Source: Utricularia gibba
Lineage: Eukaryota; Plantae; Magnoliophyta
Length of the DNA stretch: 64,000 bases
Reading direction: 5' to 3'
Assembly (NCBI GenBank): GCA_002189035.1
Contig: CM007990.1
Coordinates: 1,488,001 to 1,552,000, forward strand
Within the stretch, counting starts at the first letter, position 1. Each line of letters starts with the position of its first letter. The notes under the pieces were generated by a model. It had not been told where the DNA came from. It did no database searches and saw only the letters and a list, made by a program, of their open reading frames with translations. Both the position numbers and the translations under genes were made by a program. This document shows positions 13,835-26,560 of this stretch, piece after piece.

Positions 13835-15452
13835 ACCTAAGCATGGTTGGTTCCATGCAGTAAAATGTATCTGAAATCACTGCTGTAAAATGTATACTTT
13901 CACCTGCACATTCAAAATGAAGAAGTCCTTCCGGTGAAGGGACAGAGCTATGGGAAAGTATGTCTTTTCTAAAACGATTGATTAAAAATAAATAAATAAT
14001 AATACATCCATTTTCTGGGCCCCACAGCATTTGGCTCAATCACACGAAGGATGTCAGTTGTCAGTTGTCACAGTGTTATGTGGTTTCTTTTCCCGTGGGC
14101 CCGTTTCAGTGTTTTCGGACAACCCATCCACATCATTCCAGCGAAATGACATCAAGGCCCCTTCTCCACCACGTATTTACCTTTTGCCCCTGGGAAATGC
14201 CAAAACACCTACGTGCATTAATTAAATCATAAAAAAATGGTTTCATTTTAATAAATGTGTCTTGGAACACATCTCGATACTGTCGTTTGATAGGGTATTT
14301 TAAATAATAATATATTTGAATTATTAATAAATATATGTTATGAATTAAATGTGTATTTGTTATATAAATTTATTTTGTATGCTTAAAATGTTGTTATATA
14401 TAAATATATACATTTATGTTAGACTTATATTCTTTACTTTCGAAAAAAAAAACTTATATAAGATTAGATAAACGATCTAGTCTAATAAAGTATATAAGAG
14501 CCTTAGTTTAATTTCACATCATTTATGGATGAAGTTGAGAAATGATTTATATAAATTGTCATTTTTTAATCTTGTATGAAGTATCTTTTTCAGAAAATAA
14601 AGTGAAAAATGTAAAATCATAAGAATTGTATATATGAAACGCACAATATCTTAAAAAACAATGTAAGTTATTACAGTTTAAAATATATAAAAAATGATAA
14701 TTAATATTCGGTTAATTAAGAAAGCTCACTTGAAAAAAAAAAGTAATGCTATTTTTCGCACATTTCTATTTTTATTCTTAAAATAGTAAATTAATAGTCC
14801 TCTAAAACATGCCCATTTCCTTATATTCTTATTTCCAAGAATTAACACAAATTATTTCTAATAATTTCTCGTTTTTTGTAGAATATATTTTTAAATTTAG
14901 AGAACGTGAATTCATTTTACTTTTTATTCTCATTTTTTCCAATATTCATTTTGAAAAATGTGATACATTTACTGCACGAGGAAAATGGATCTGGTCCCCT
15001 TTCTCCTCCCTCATTCTCGTTCACGTCACTTCTCCATATTCTTATGGGGATGGATCATGATACACAAATTGTAATAAAAAAAATTACAAGGGCTTAGAAA
15101 AAAGTTTAGATTGTGTGGATCATCTGCGTCTGCACCGACCGAGTGGAGTTTGGCAGGGCGTTTAAAAACAATACGAGTCTTGGAGGGGAACATGAACATG
15201 TGGGCGGAGTAAAGTGGAGCAGCTAGGCGTTGGGTTCATGCCCTGCATTCCTTTAAATGGGGCAGCGCAGCGCAGCGCATTGAACCTGGACGACTGAAGC
15301 AGAGCAGAAAAGCAGATCTGTCAACTGTCCAGGTAATACTCGTCGTCATCTTCATTTGGATCCCCAGGGAGGGAGTTCCTCGTTCCTTCCTCCTCCTCCT
15401 ACCCAGTCAGCCAGCTCCAGCTCCAGCTCACGGGAAAATTCAGAGCCAAAGG

Positions 15453-15481
15453 GGAATAGGAATAGGAATAGGAATAGGAAT
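15453..15481 (+). repeat. (GGAATA)n hexanucleotide microsatellite, about 4.8 units
   Basis: GGAATAGGAATAGGAATAGGAATAGGAAT read directly, upstream of the MYB gene. Confidence 0.9.
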
Positions 15482-16734
15482 TGATACTGACAGACAGACT
15501 CCTCTTCCTCTCCTCTCGTCGTCTGGAACTGGGTTCTGGTCCCGATGGAACAGTGAAGCAACTGCTGCTGATGCGATTGACGCTGCTACTGCTGCTTCCT
15601 TCGCCTGGGAAAGTATTCTTAAAATGGCCGGCTTATCCTAACCACGGGACGACGACTACACCCAGCCTATGTTTCATCTTTAACCCACCCACCCACCCAG
15701 GTAAAAAACAAAGAAAAGGGCTGATTTACCAGCCAAGGGTCGTCGTGGATCAATCAAAGCCATATGTATAGTTACAATAAGAATTCCTCGAGGTTTGTGC
15801 CTATTGATATTTGAATTTATGTACATAAAACATTAGTTTTAAAATAATGTGAATAAAATTAGATTAAGATTGGAAAATTGTTTTGCAAGGTAATATAAAA
15901 ATATATTATAATATTTGATAAAATAAAAATGTATATTAAATAATGTTATGATATAAATGTATTTTTATAATAGATAAAAGTGAATAATATAATTTTCTGA
16001 TTAATTTCTTAAATAAATGTTCAATAAATTTAATAATTTTTAAAGTTAATCATATACTTTAAATTTTTTATTTTATTATGTAATGAATAGAGATTAAAAT
16101 ATTTAAAAATTAAACAAAATCACTTTAAAAAAATATGAAAATAGAACAAGCCCAAGAAAACATCTACATAAAATTTTTATTCGAACATGTTTGAATTATA
16201 AAATATTCTAAATAAAAATTCAAAATTATGTTACATTTAGTTTCACAAAGTTAAATAAATTCAAATTGAAGAATCTATGGACAAGATTTTATTTAAAAGT
16301 ATGCTTAAACATCATATATTATAAATATTATAGTCAGATACGGTATAATATATAGTTTTAATTCTACTAAGTAATTTCTATTTAGGAGATGGTTGGTGTG
16401 GCCTGAATTAATTTACTGAAATATAGGATTTAATTTTAATTATAAGAGGGGTGACGGTTAAAAAAAAGCTGGAGATGAAGCAGTTTACCTTTTAACTGTT
16501 TTCACTGTCTGAAATATTTACCAGCTTTCTTTCTATCCTTTTCTTTGGATCCAATCCATGTCGGTTTCTAATGAAAACAAAGATCTCTCCCCTCGTCTCC
16601 TCTCTCTTTCTCTCTCTCTCTTGCTCGCTCGCTCTCTGCTTTCTTTCTCCACACCAACTGTTGTAGATATTTCTTATCCAGAACTCCCAGATCCCAGAAT
16701 TTGCAGTTGAATCAGTTTCTTCTTCTGTTTCTAG

Positions 16735-17930
16735 ATGCCAGCGCAGGAATCAAGAAGCTTGATCTGGACATGGGACCAAGACAAGCAATTCGAAAGAGCC
16801 CTAGTCACATACGGCGACAATCACCCCAACCGATGGGAGAAAATTGCCGCAGAAGTCGGTGGAAAATCTATCGACGATGTCAAGCATCACTACGACCTCT
16901 TACTCGAGGATGTGAACCGGATAGAGTCCGGTTTCGTTCAGCTTCCTTGTTATAGCTCCGGCTCCGATGGGTCGGCTTCTCAAGAGGGCAGGAAAGGGGG
17001 AGGAAGCGTCGCGGGCGGCGAGAGTAATCACGGCGGGAAGTGCTCCAAGGCGGATCAGGAGCGAAGGAAGGGGATCGCCTGGACGGAGGACGAGCACCGG
17101 TGAGTATTGTTGTTTAGTGGAGATTCTATTTTATGAAAATTAGCGATATCAAATTCTGGATCACATGGGAGATGGTCCCCCTCAAAGTTAATGAACTCTG
17201 CTTGTGCTTCTTTATGAGGAGGGTGGGTAGCTCCCGATTGAATTTGCCATAGCCTAGCTTTAGGTGACGGGAAGCTTACTCAGTAGTCAGTTCTGTGTTT
17301 TGAATGAGATTTCAAGTACAGAGTGTTGGGTGGCATTACTTCTGAATTGGCATCAACTTTCTGTAGGGGAACTTACTGTAGCTAAGCTGATGAACAGTTG
17401 TTTGAATTGGAGGATCTGTTCTTCTCTCAGAAGTTGATAGTGTTAGTCCCATCTATTCGATTCTGGTGTTTAAGTCTGTTGTGTTGTTGTATTGGCAAAA
17501 AAGCAGACTGTTTCTTCTTGGACTGGAGAAGTACGGGAAAGGAGACTGGAGGAGCATCTCCCGGAATTTCGTGGTAACGAGAACTCCAACGCAGGTCGCC
17601 AGTCATGCTCAGAAGTACTTCATTCGCTTGAATTCCATGAACAAGGACCGCCGGAGATCCAGCATCCACGACATCACCAACGCCAACACCGCCGACGTGG
17701 TCGTCCCCCAAGCCCCCATCACCGGACAATCCAATGGTGGAAAACCGAAGCACCCGCAGCCGGCGACCATCGGTGGCCCCGTTTACGGCGCGCCCACCAT
17801 CGGGCAGCCTATCGGAGTTTCTGCGGTGGGGACACCGGTTAATCTCCCCCCACCAACTCACATGGCTTACGGAGTTGTCCCCGGTGCGCCGATGACGTAC
17901 CCGGTACCGCACACCCCGGCACAAAGGTGA
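16735..17930 (+). CDS. SRM1: DIVARICATA/SRM1-type R-R MYB transcription factor, 262 aa
   Basis: Exons 16735-17099 and 17507-17930 (phase 2, GT-AG). First [17 protein letters not shown]...WEKIA; second repeat [12 protein letters not shown]|[38 protein letters not shown] (SHAQKYF); C-terminus [11 protein letters not shown] typical of SRM1. Confidence 0.93.
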
Positions 17931-18120
17931 TCGATCGGTCGACCGAATCGTCCTTGAATCAATAATGTCTGGTGTGGAGGGAGGATTCCACCCCTTCACG
18001 GAATTCCTGAAATTTTTATTTCATCAGTACGGAAATATTTGAACTTTTTGTTTTTTCTTTTTCAATTTCATTAAAAACATGAATCATGAAATAAAAATGT
18101 TTTAATTAGATGATTTTTTT

Positions 18121-18607
18121 AGTGTGTATTTGGTTGATGAGATTAAAAATGTTTAAGATAAGTGTAATAAATTATCTCATGTGTTTTTAATTAAATTTGT
18201 ACTTAAAATGATATTGTTTAAATATCATCATAAGAAGTATTTGGTAGTAGTATATTAATATATTTAAGTATTGTGCAATTGTATATATATATAACATTTG
18301 ATATTTAAGAATAAAAGTTTGAGAATGTGAGTGATATATATATATAATTACCCATCTACTTTATTTATGTATATTATTCATATACTCAAAAAATGAATAT
18401 GTGATTAGTATAGTAATACAAGATTGATATACATATATTAGTTAATTAAACAAGGATTTACATGAAAAATTGAATGTAAATCTTCTATATTATATTATCA
18501 AACACATTCTTATACAATCATATTCTTACTAATTAAACACCATACCAAAAACTACTCCCAAAATAAATTAAATTATTTAGATCATAATATCATCAATCAA
18601 ACACATT
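18121..18607. mobile_element. Possible Tourist-like MITE
   Basis: AT-rich 490 bp bounded by imperfect inverted ends (AGTGTGTATTTGGTTGATGA ... TCATCAATCAAACACATT), resembling GTGTTTGG-type PIF/Harbinger TIRs. No clear TSD. Confidence 0.35.
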
Positions 18608-19120
18608 CTTTTAAATTTTATTTTATTTTCCTATTTGGAAAATGTTATCATGAAGTAGATTCATCTGCTAGTGGAGTGGATCCGTCATACATCAACCTCT
18701 TTTTTATTTGTCATTTTAGGAATATCCAATTATTTTTATTTTTATTTTTTAAAAAAAAATGGATGGCCCGGGCCCACAGTGCACAAGTACTCCTCCCTCC
18801 TAAGCAAGCCCGGGTACATTAAAGTGTGTTGGTCACATGGTGCAGGGGCAGGGCAGCAAGTGGACGTCACAAGGAAAAGGGAGCCCTGCAAGTGGACTCG
18901 AAAACGTTCATGCCAATCAACACACCACCATCCAGTCCCCAAAGCCACTTTGCTCAAACTTTTTCCCGTGGACCCATTCCATTCTTTTTTTGTTTTTTGG
19001 AATTATTGATAAAAAAATAATAAATAATAATATTTTTTTATAAAAAATGATTATTTTAAGTGTCAAACTTAGAGGGTTGAGTGATTACAAAACATGATAA
19101 AAAAATAATAAAGACCACAT

Positions 19121-19530
19121 AGTGAATTAGAGAGAAACAAAGATTATAGTAATTCATTAATCATTGATTAGAATTTATTTATATTTTTGACATTAGTGTT
19201 GTGATCGATTCAGAATCGATTGATTTTTAGTAGAATGCAAATGAAAAAATAAAAACTGAGGGTGAATTAGTGAGAAACAAATATTATAGTACTTCATTAA
19301 TCATTAATTAGAATCTATTTATTTTCTTGATATTAATGTTGTGATTGATTTCTAATTGATCAGTTTTTAATAGAATATAAATAAAAAAATAAAAACTCAG
19401 GGTGAATTAGTGAGCAACAAATATTATAGTAGTTCATTAATAATTGATTAGAATCTATTTATATTTTTGACATTAGTGTTGTGATCGATTTCCAATCGAT
19501 CGATTTTTAGTAGAATGCAAATGAAAAAAC
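19121..19530. repeat. Tandem repeat, 140-bp period, about 3 copies plus a downstream partial copy (about 19615-19660)
   Basis: The anchor (A/G)GTGAATTAG recurs at 19121, 19261 and 19401, each followed by ...ATTATAGT..TTCATTAAT.ATT.ATTAGAAT.TATTTAT...TGA.ATTA.TGTTGTGAT.GATT. Confidence 0.9.
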
Positions 19531-20771
19531 ATAGATATTAAACCTCAAATATTACTCTTGCTTACACAAGTTTCGAAGATATCATGTTAAAATAATATTG
19601 ATTACATAGTACGAATTACTTCATTCATCATTGACTAGAATCTATTTATATTTTTTGACATAATTTATACTTTTGTAACATCAGATTCGAAGTCTTAAAA
19701 TTCATATTCGTATAGACAATTTACGTGGAAATATGCACTAATATGCTCGTATTAATTTATATGATGAAATATCATTTAGAAAAATGGTCACTGATACTCT
19801 ATCTCCCACAAAATAAAGTAAAAGATGACACATATGATGATTATTTTTATCACACAGTTTTTCATGGATGTCCACTTTTCTAATACATCGTATGGTGGGA
19901 TCATTGTTAGCCAGCTGAATGAATGTCATTGGACCGAAATCTTGTTGATACGCCATCCTACGTGGGAACTTTTGTGGATAATTAACGGAAAAAAAAAAAA
20001 AAGGAGGGAGATTTGTGTAGCCTTACATCAAAAGGGTGGAATGCCACTTCACAAAATCAAGGAAACGCGTAGGCGCTGCCTCCATTTCCTCAAAAGTTTA
20101 AGCATTTCAATGTCCCACGGTGGAGCTTTTGACTCATTCACTACGTTCTAGAGACTTCGACATTCATTTAATCCATTCCTCTTTTCTTTTTTAGTTATTT
20201 TCTTAGAGAGTAAACCAGTAGTCTGTCTATTAAAATCTTTATCTACTAAATTTGTTGATTAACTAAAAGAATAATAAAATGATAATCCATACTGAGGGAT
20301 GTATTAGAAAAGTAACAATACTCCTCATTTAAGTATAGGAAAAACATGACCATCATATATATATATATATATATATATAATTGATCATAATGTGTAAGAT
20401 AGAAATACATGATGCTTATTTTTTCTAAATGATCCAAAATTATTTAAGAAATTTGAATTCTCCATTCTAAATTTAAAAAGGACATTATTTCCTGTGGCAT
20501 TCCCATGGATGAAATTATCAACTCCCACATTCATGTTAATTCAAATTCAGAATAAACATTCTAAATCACTTATCAAATAAAGACATTGAATAACTAATTT
20601 TCCCTGATAATTATAAAGTCTGTGTGCCTAAAGTACAGAAAATAAAGAAGAAGATTCAGCTTTAGGGTCTGATGGCATGCTTTATGGTCTGATGACTCAT
20701 GGCTGATTCATTCACAAACCAACTTGTTCTCTAAAACGGCCCTCCCTCCTCCTATAAGTACCTCGAGGGGC

Positions 20772-21796
20772 ATGGAGCAGGTCATCGGCGTTTTCAAGCA
20801 TCTGGACACCGGAGCTCGCGCGGAATTGGAGATGGATGGTGTATACGGGGAGTCAAGGACAGGCAAGAGGAGCTTGCACGGCGGACGCGTTATGGGGATT
20901 CCGGTGGCCTCCGCGGCGGAGTATGATATCGCCGTTCCGTATTCAAAGGCCATGATGCTGTATGATCCTGCAGCTGAGTATCACCAGGCCATGGGATCCC
21001 CGGCGGCAGGCTACCACTCCAGGATCAGACACGGTAAGTTGAGCTTGTCCTGAGAGTACCTGTGTTTTTAGAAGCTGCCGCTGAATGCTGGATGATGCAG
21101 CAGGTGGTTCCGATGGGCTCATCGGCAAGATGATGAAGCTTGGAGAAAGCATGGATCATTTGGCGCAGGGAATCCGAGAGCACGGTAACTACTTGCAAAG
21201 TTCATAGAAAGATGTCATTGCAGGTTCATGGGATGAATTCCTAACCTCTGCGGGAACCTTGCAGTGAAACTGGGGTCCAAGTTCAGTGAAACACTTAAAG
21301 GGAAGCTGAGCTTGGGAGCAAGAATCCTGAAAGATGGCGGGGTGGGTAAAGTCTTTAAGCAGAGATTCAATGCTACCAGTGATGAAAAGCTATGGAGCGC
21401 TTCACAGTGCTATTTGTCGACGACAGCAGGACCGATCCCTGGCCTATTGTTCGTTTCCAACCATAGAGTTGCATTCTGCAGTGAAAGATCCATAAAAATC
21501 ACTTCCCCTATGGGAAACTTGATTCGGAAAGTGCACTACAAGGTCAGCAACATGACATATATTTTAGGCTTGTCTAATCACAGAGGACATGAGAACTAAC
21601 AATTACAATGCATTTGCAGGTGATGATTCCCTTGAGAAAAATAAAAAGAGTATTAGAAAGTGAGAATGTAAATAAACCAAGCCAAAAGTACTTGAAGATA
21701 GTGACAGATGACGATTTTGAGTTCTGGTTCATGGGTTTTTTGAACCATCACAAAGCTTTACAGTACCTCCAGCAATCACTTCACCAGCCCAGATGA
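20772..21796 (+). CDS. GEM-like GRAM-domain protein (GEML4/ABA-responsive type)
   Basis: Exons 20772(or 20724)-21033, 21101-21184, 21265-21542, 21620-21796, GT-AG in phase. Motifs GIREH|VKLGSKFSETLKGKLSLGARIL, CYLSTTAGPIPGLLFVS, HYK|VMIPL, KPSQKYLKIVTDDDFEFWFMGFLN. Confidence 0.93.
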
Positions 21797-22799
21797 CACG
21801 CTTCTGTTATGTGGACTACGATCTTGTCTTCAGATATAAAGCTGTTGTTAAAAATCAGAGCAGCTTTGACTGCAAATGACAAGACCAACTTGTGTTATAT
21901 GTACATACGGCCAGTCTCTGTTTAGATATGCATCTCTTGCAAAAAAAAAAAAGAAAAAACAGCTCCAGTTTCTACTCTCACAAAATAACTTAGAAGCAAT
22001 ACATGATATAAAATATTTATATCTAACTTGGATATTTTACCATTGAACAAGAATCGTAGAGGTTATCGTTAATGTGAAAACACAATCAAGAGGTGCAAGA
22101 AGGAGCACAATGATCCGTATGATATATGATGGTGAACCATCATACGAAAACAACTTGAATACATGAAGTAAACAATTGTAGAATTCTTTGTAGATCCAGC
22201 ATTTCCTTGTCATGAATTACATGTTGATTATCAAAAGTAAACACATACGTAAGTCCCCTAAGCAAGTGATTTTTTTCGCATCCGAGTGACAGAGTTTACA
22301 TCAAAACCAGCTCTAACAGGAATATCGGTTCTTTATAGAAGACAAGGACTTTGTAACTAAGAGTAACCTTGAGGAGCATCCTTAGCCAGCTATCTCTTAT
22401 TTCTCATTCCGGCCTGCAGCATAGAAGAAACTGACTAGTTACCTCTATTACAGGTTAAAGAAATCATGTAGATGCAACTGAAATAGACGCAAATATACTT
22501 AGAGAGAACTTTGGGTTATCAGGCGCACGGCCAAGCTTCAAAAACCCATCAAACTCCATTTTTTTTTCCTCAACCCAACAAACAAAAACATCACTTGCTT
22601 GTTGAATCTACTCCTATTTTTCTAGACATTTTTCACACCGATGCAGAGAGTTGGAAAACACTGGAAAGGATACACCGTAATAATAAGCTGCAAAGCTCTA
22701 TAGCTTAATACCGTTTTTCCCAATTAATTCTATTTCTTATATTTCAGAAATAAGCATTCAACAGGAGCCGCACAAAAAATCGCATTATCGCTTATTCAA

Positions 22800-24241
22800 T
22801 TATAAAGGAGATGGAGATGCGTACCACTGAATGATGGAGCCAAATAGAAAATGCTGCATGATTGGAACCTTGTCCAAAACTTCTACTTTATACATCTTTA
22901 GAAGTCCACTATTCACCTTATTCCAGTTTGGAACTCCACTGATGTCATCCAACATTGGCGAATGCTCAGCAAATAATCCCTTCTTTACCTTCTTTACAAA
23001 TGTAATGCAGGAGAGATACATATACTCTTTGGAGAAGTTTTCCAAAATATCATCATTGTGAATGGATTTCGGCTTCATATACTTGTGTCCAATCAGTTGT
23101 GAGGACCCAAAAATATATGGTAAAAAATGATAATCGTCAAGTCCCCAAACACCATGCGATCCTGCTGGCTCTAGACAATACGTCAGTTGCAATTTTCTCA
23201 TCAGGTCCAAATATTTGACAAAAACCCTCAACACAAGAGCTGGAAAATCTTCTTCTCTTACAACGCCCAATCTTGCAAGGCAATACAACCAGGCAGCGAA
23301 GTTCGTTTCATGGCCAGTGCCTATTAAACAGCAGACACTTCAAATCATATGACTAGCTGACTAAAACATGCTCACAGTTTCACTTTCTACAACTCCACAG
23401 GGGACCAAATTTGCACATAAATATACAGCACATTTCCGTAACATTTGACAAAATTCTATAACTGAGGCTTTTTCCAAGCAAGGAATACAACCATTTTCCA
23501 TCAAATCGCAGTGAGGATGTTGCAGAAACAGGCCTCAGATAGAAAAAGATACAAATATCAACTTGGCTATAGAAACTCATCTTTCTTACCATAATCGATG
23601 CGAGTAGCATTGCCAAAGCTGTCAGTGAGATAAGGAACAAGTTCCGCGGCGCCTTCCCGGAGATCAGGCTCCAGAAGCATGAGAATAAACGACACAGCCT
23701 CGCCGTTCAAACGTTCTTGCCATTCACGAAAAGCCACGTTGCCGTACCTCGCAGTCTGCGGCGCCGGCGGGATCTCGTCCACGTAATCCGTAAGCTTCTG
23801 GAGAATGGATAGCAATACTTCAACGACGGGCGACACATAGCAGGAATCGGAGATCTTGCACGATTTGACAGACTCGGAAAGAGAGACAACAAAGCCAAGA
23901 AAATTGCGGCTACATGGGGAGGAGTGGAACCGCGCTAAGTCATCGACAGATCGAATTTTCTTCGATGGAGCGGAGAATTGATGAGGCAAAGTTATAGGAT
24001 CCACCTTCTCCGCATGCGGCACCGGTGTGCGCATGATCACCTCCTTATTGTTCGCTGGTGGATTTGTAAGGTTAATGGCGGGGTAGCGAATTGGGATATA
24101 CGAAGGGTTCGCAGACGGCGGCGGCGTCGGAAAAGACGTCGGCCCGCCGCAATTCGCACAAGAGGAAGCTTGGGATCGGGGATGGCACGGCGGCGGTGCT
24201 TCTTCACGGAGGCTATCAAAGTTTTCCGATGGAGGTTCCAT
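22800..24241 (-). CDS. PTPA: Serine/threonine-protein phosphatase 2A activator (phosphotyrosyl phosphatase activator)
   Basis: Exon 24241-23590, intron, exon from 23320. Motifs [21 protein letters not shown]|[45 protein letters not shown]. The 3' end is unresolved: read-through to the stop at 22800, or splicing at TG|GT (22825/22824) to a short terminal exon. Confidence 0.93.
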
Positions 24242-25603
24242 TTTTCTCGGTGTCTAGTCGAAGTGCACCTTGCAATTGCTTTAAAAGAACGAAGAGAATG
24301 TTTAGGTTTTCCAAGGCTAGTTTCGGTATGGCAAAAAATACCATTGACTTTCGTAATTGGAAATCCCTCATCTTCCACATTCAAAAGAGTAATAATCACA
24401 CTCGTTATGCCATTTAGACCATTCAAAGGACAAAAGGGCCATCTTTTACATAGTCCTCATGCTGTAATGAAGACCCTGGATGGTGTGGCCATGAATACAG
24501 AACACAGGGAACCATCCAAACAGCGAGTTCCCAGGGGGCTAAACCGAGAATCTGTCGGCCGGTCAAACTGTAAATCAGTACAACCAGACTGATCGAATAA
24601 ACATCAAGTAAAACAAGAGTGTTCCAAAACAAGTTGCTATAATAATATCACTCTTCCGCGACTTGGGTACATGCTAACCATGGATGTTATCACGAAATAA
24701 TCAGCAATAAGCAATCTCAAAAACTGGGAATCAGACACACAGAACCCAACAGAGCCACTCAATCCTCAATGCGGGATCATGTATGCAACTGGCTTTGACA
24801 CACTCATTTTATATCAGGACCAATCACACAAGCGATATACAAGTAATTACACAGGGTTCAAAAACCAGAGAAGACAAATATATCCATCCATAGTAGTTTA
24901 GTTACCAAAGATTGGAAAACTGGAAAAGTGAATTGATGGACCCGGTCCCAAGTTTCCAATGGGTCAAGATTCCTCTCCTCACGCATGTATCATTTACCTT
25001 ACCCCAAACGGACACCAATCTCTCGTATCTTTGGAGTTTCCACAGCCTCAGCTGCTGACACTCGGACATCCCTAAGAGATAAGAAAAGAAGCGGAGGATT
25101 GGATCATGGCAAGAAATGAGAATAAATAAACAGAATATGTAATTGCATCATGCCGTCGTGCTTAACATTAATATTAAAACATAAAAGACATTGCGCAGGT
25201 GATTTGCCTTCAACCAGTGTCCAACCTCACGAATATATTCATCTCATAGCACAACCAGTGAGTGAAAAAAAAAAAACAATGTTCTCAGTGAAGAACTCTA
25301 AAAACTATGGGAATCATCAGACACTGGTCACTAGAATGAGCCAATCAGTTCATAAAAAACGTTCCATAGTAGCTTTCTCATTAAAACTAAACGATATGAA
25401 TTAAAAATATCCTGGACGATACATCGAGTAATTGCGAGTTAGAGTACACCACAACAAACATAAATAGCTACGTTGCAATATGTTCAATTATACTTTTGTT
25501 CTGCATTACTATGATTCACAGTCATTGAGAATGAAAAGACATATCCTAATCTGCACAAATGTCCAAAGGATAAAAAGGAGAAAATTTAATTACCAGAAGA
25601 TAC

Positions 25604-26560
25604 TTAATTCTGCTCTCGATTACTCTGCCCTGTTCCCTCATTACCAGAATCTGGTCCTGATCCTGAGGCAAAGCCTCCAAACATCCAAGGTAATGTTATA
25701 GTAAACCTCCGTTGGACTACTCTTTGCCTGTCCGGACGTCCAGAAGTAGAATTATCACCATAACTGGAACTGTCATTCACTACGGAAAGCCCACCTCTGC
25801 TGGATTCCCCCTTGTTCTCATAATCTGGATCATCAGTGGGAAGTTCGTATCGGCACACGGGACAAGAATTATGCATTTCAAGCCATGGAATAATGCAATC
25901 ATCGTGGTAAACATGCTTGCAAGGCATCTGCTTTACAATTGTTCCAAACTCGAAGTCATCCTTACACACAGCGCATTGCGCCAGCTCTGATTTCAGCGAT
26001 GCCTCATCAACCTTAACATTAGGAAGTGCCTCAACAGCGCGTTTCGAAGCAGGTGGGGTGCCGTAACGGTTCGGGTCATTCTCAGCCAACTGCTGGATCA
26101 ACTGCTCGAACCCAGGCCCAACAAAATAGTCCCCAATATTTCCCGGAAAAGGAGACCCCGAAGCCGACGAGCCATCATCAAATACGAATTGATAATCAAC
26201 GCCGCTTGCACGGCGACTAGCCAGAAGATTCACCAAATAGGAAACCGGGTCAAAATCCCCTTGCCCAAGGTGAGGATCTCCAGCAGGAATTGATCGAGCT
26301 TCAACCATTGGATTCCCATGGGGAAGCAAAAACTGGGAAAGGAACAGTGAGATCGGGTCGGTGAAAAAGGGATCGGGTATTGCGGATGCAAGGTTAGGGT
26401 TAGGGTTTTCGTTTTGGAACTCCTCGACGAATCCGGAGTTGCAAGTAGGACAGAGAATATCGCCACCGGGAGAAGGGGCAATAGTCACCGTGCGCTCGCA
26501 TTGATGGCAAAAGTACATCTGCGGAGAGCCGTCCTCCACCCTCACTCCGCTAGAAGCCAT
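25604..26560 (-). CDS. RING-H2 E3 ubiquitin ligase with N-terminal zinc ribbon (RING1-like), 318 aa, CDS intronless
   Basis: YFCHQCERTV...CPTCNSGFVEE zinc ribbon; GDYFVGPGFEQLIQQLAENDPNRYGTPPASK; RING-H2 CAVCKDDF...MPCKHVYHDDCIIPWLEMHNSCPVCR. Confidence 0.95.
   Translation of the reverse strand: MASSGVRVEDGSPQMYFCHQCERTVTIAPSPGGDILCPTCNSGFVEEFQNENPNPNLASAIPDPFFTDPISLFLSQFLLPHGNPMVEARSIPAGDPHLGQGDFDPVSYLVNLLASRRASGVDYQFVFDDGSSASGSPFPGNIGDYFVGPGFEQLIQQLAENDPNRYGTPPASKRAVEALPNVKVDEASLKSELAQCAVCKDDFEFGTIVKQMPCKHVYHDDCIIPWLEMHNSCPVCRYELPTDDPDYENKGESSRGGLSVVNDSSSYGDNSTSGRPDRQRVVQRRFTITLPWMFGGFASGSGPDSGNEGTGQSNREQN

Noticed and set aside
23978-24592. 204-aa plus-strand ORF and similar antisense ORFs over GC-rich exons (e.g. 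17427-17999, 34751-35278, 55430-55906)
   Set aside because: They are shadows of real CDSs on the opposite strand, with low-complexity or Arg-rich translations and no domain motifs.
26390-26410. Telomere/telobox-like TTAGGGTTAGGGTTTT
   Set aside because: It lies inside the RING CDS and encodes the ENPNPN low-complexity linker; not an interstitial telomere.
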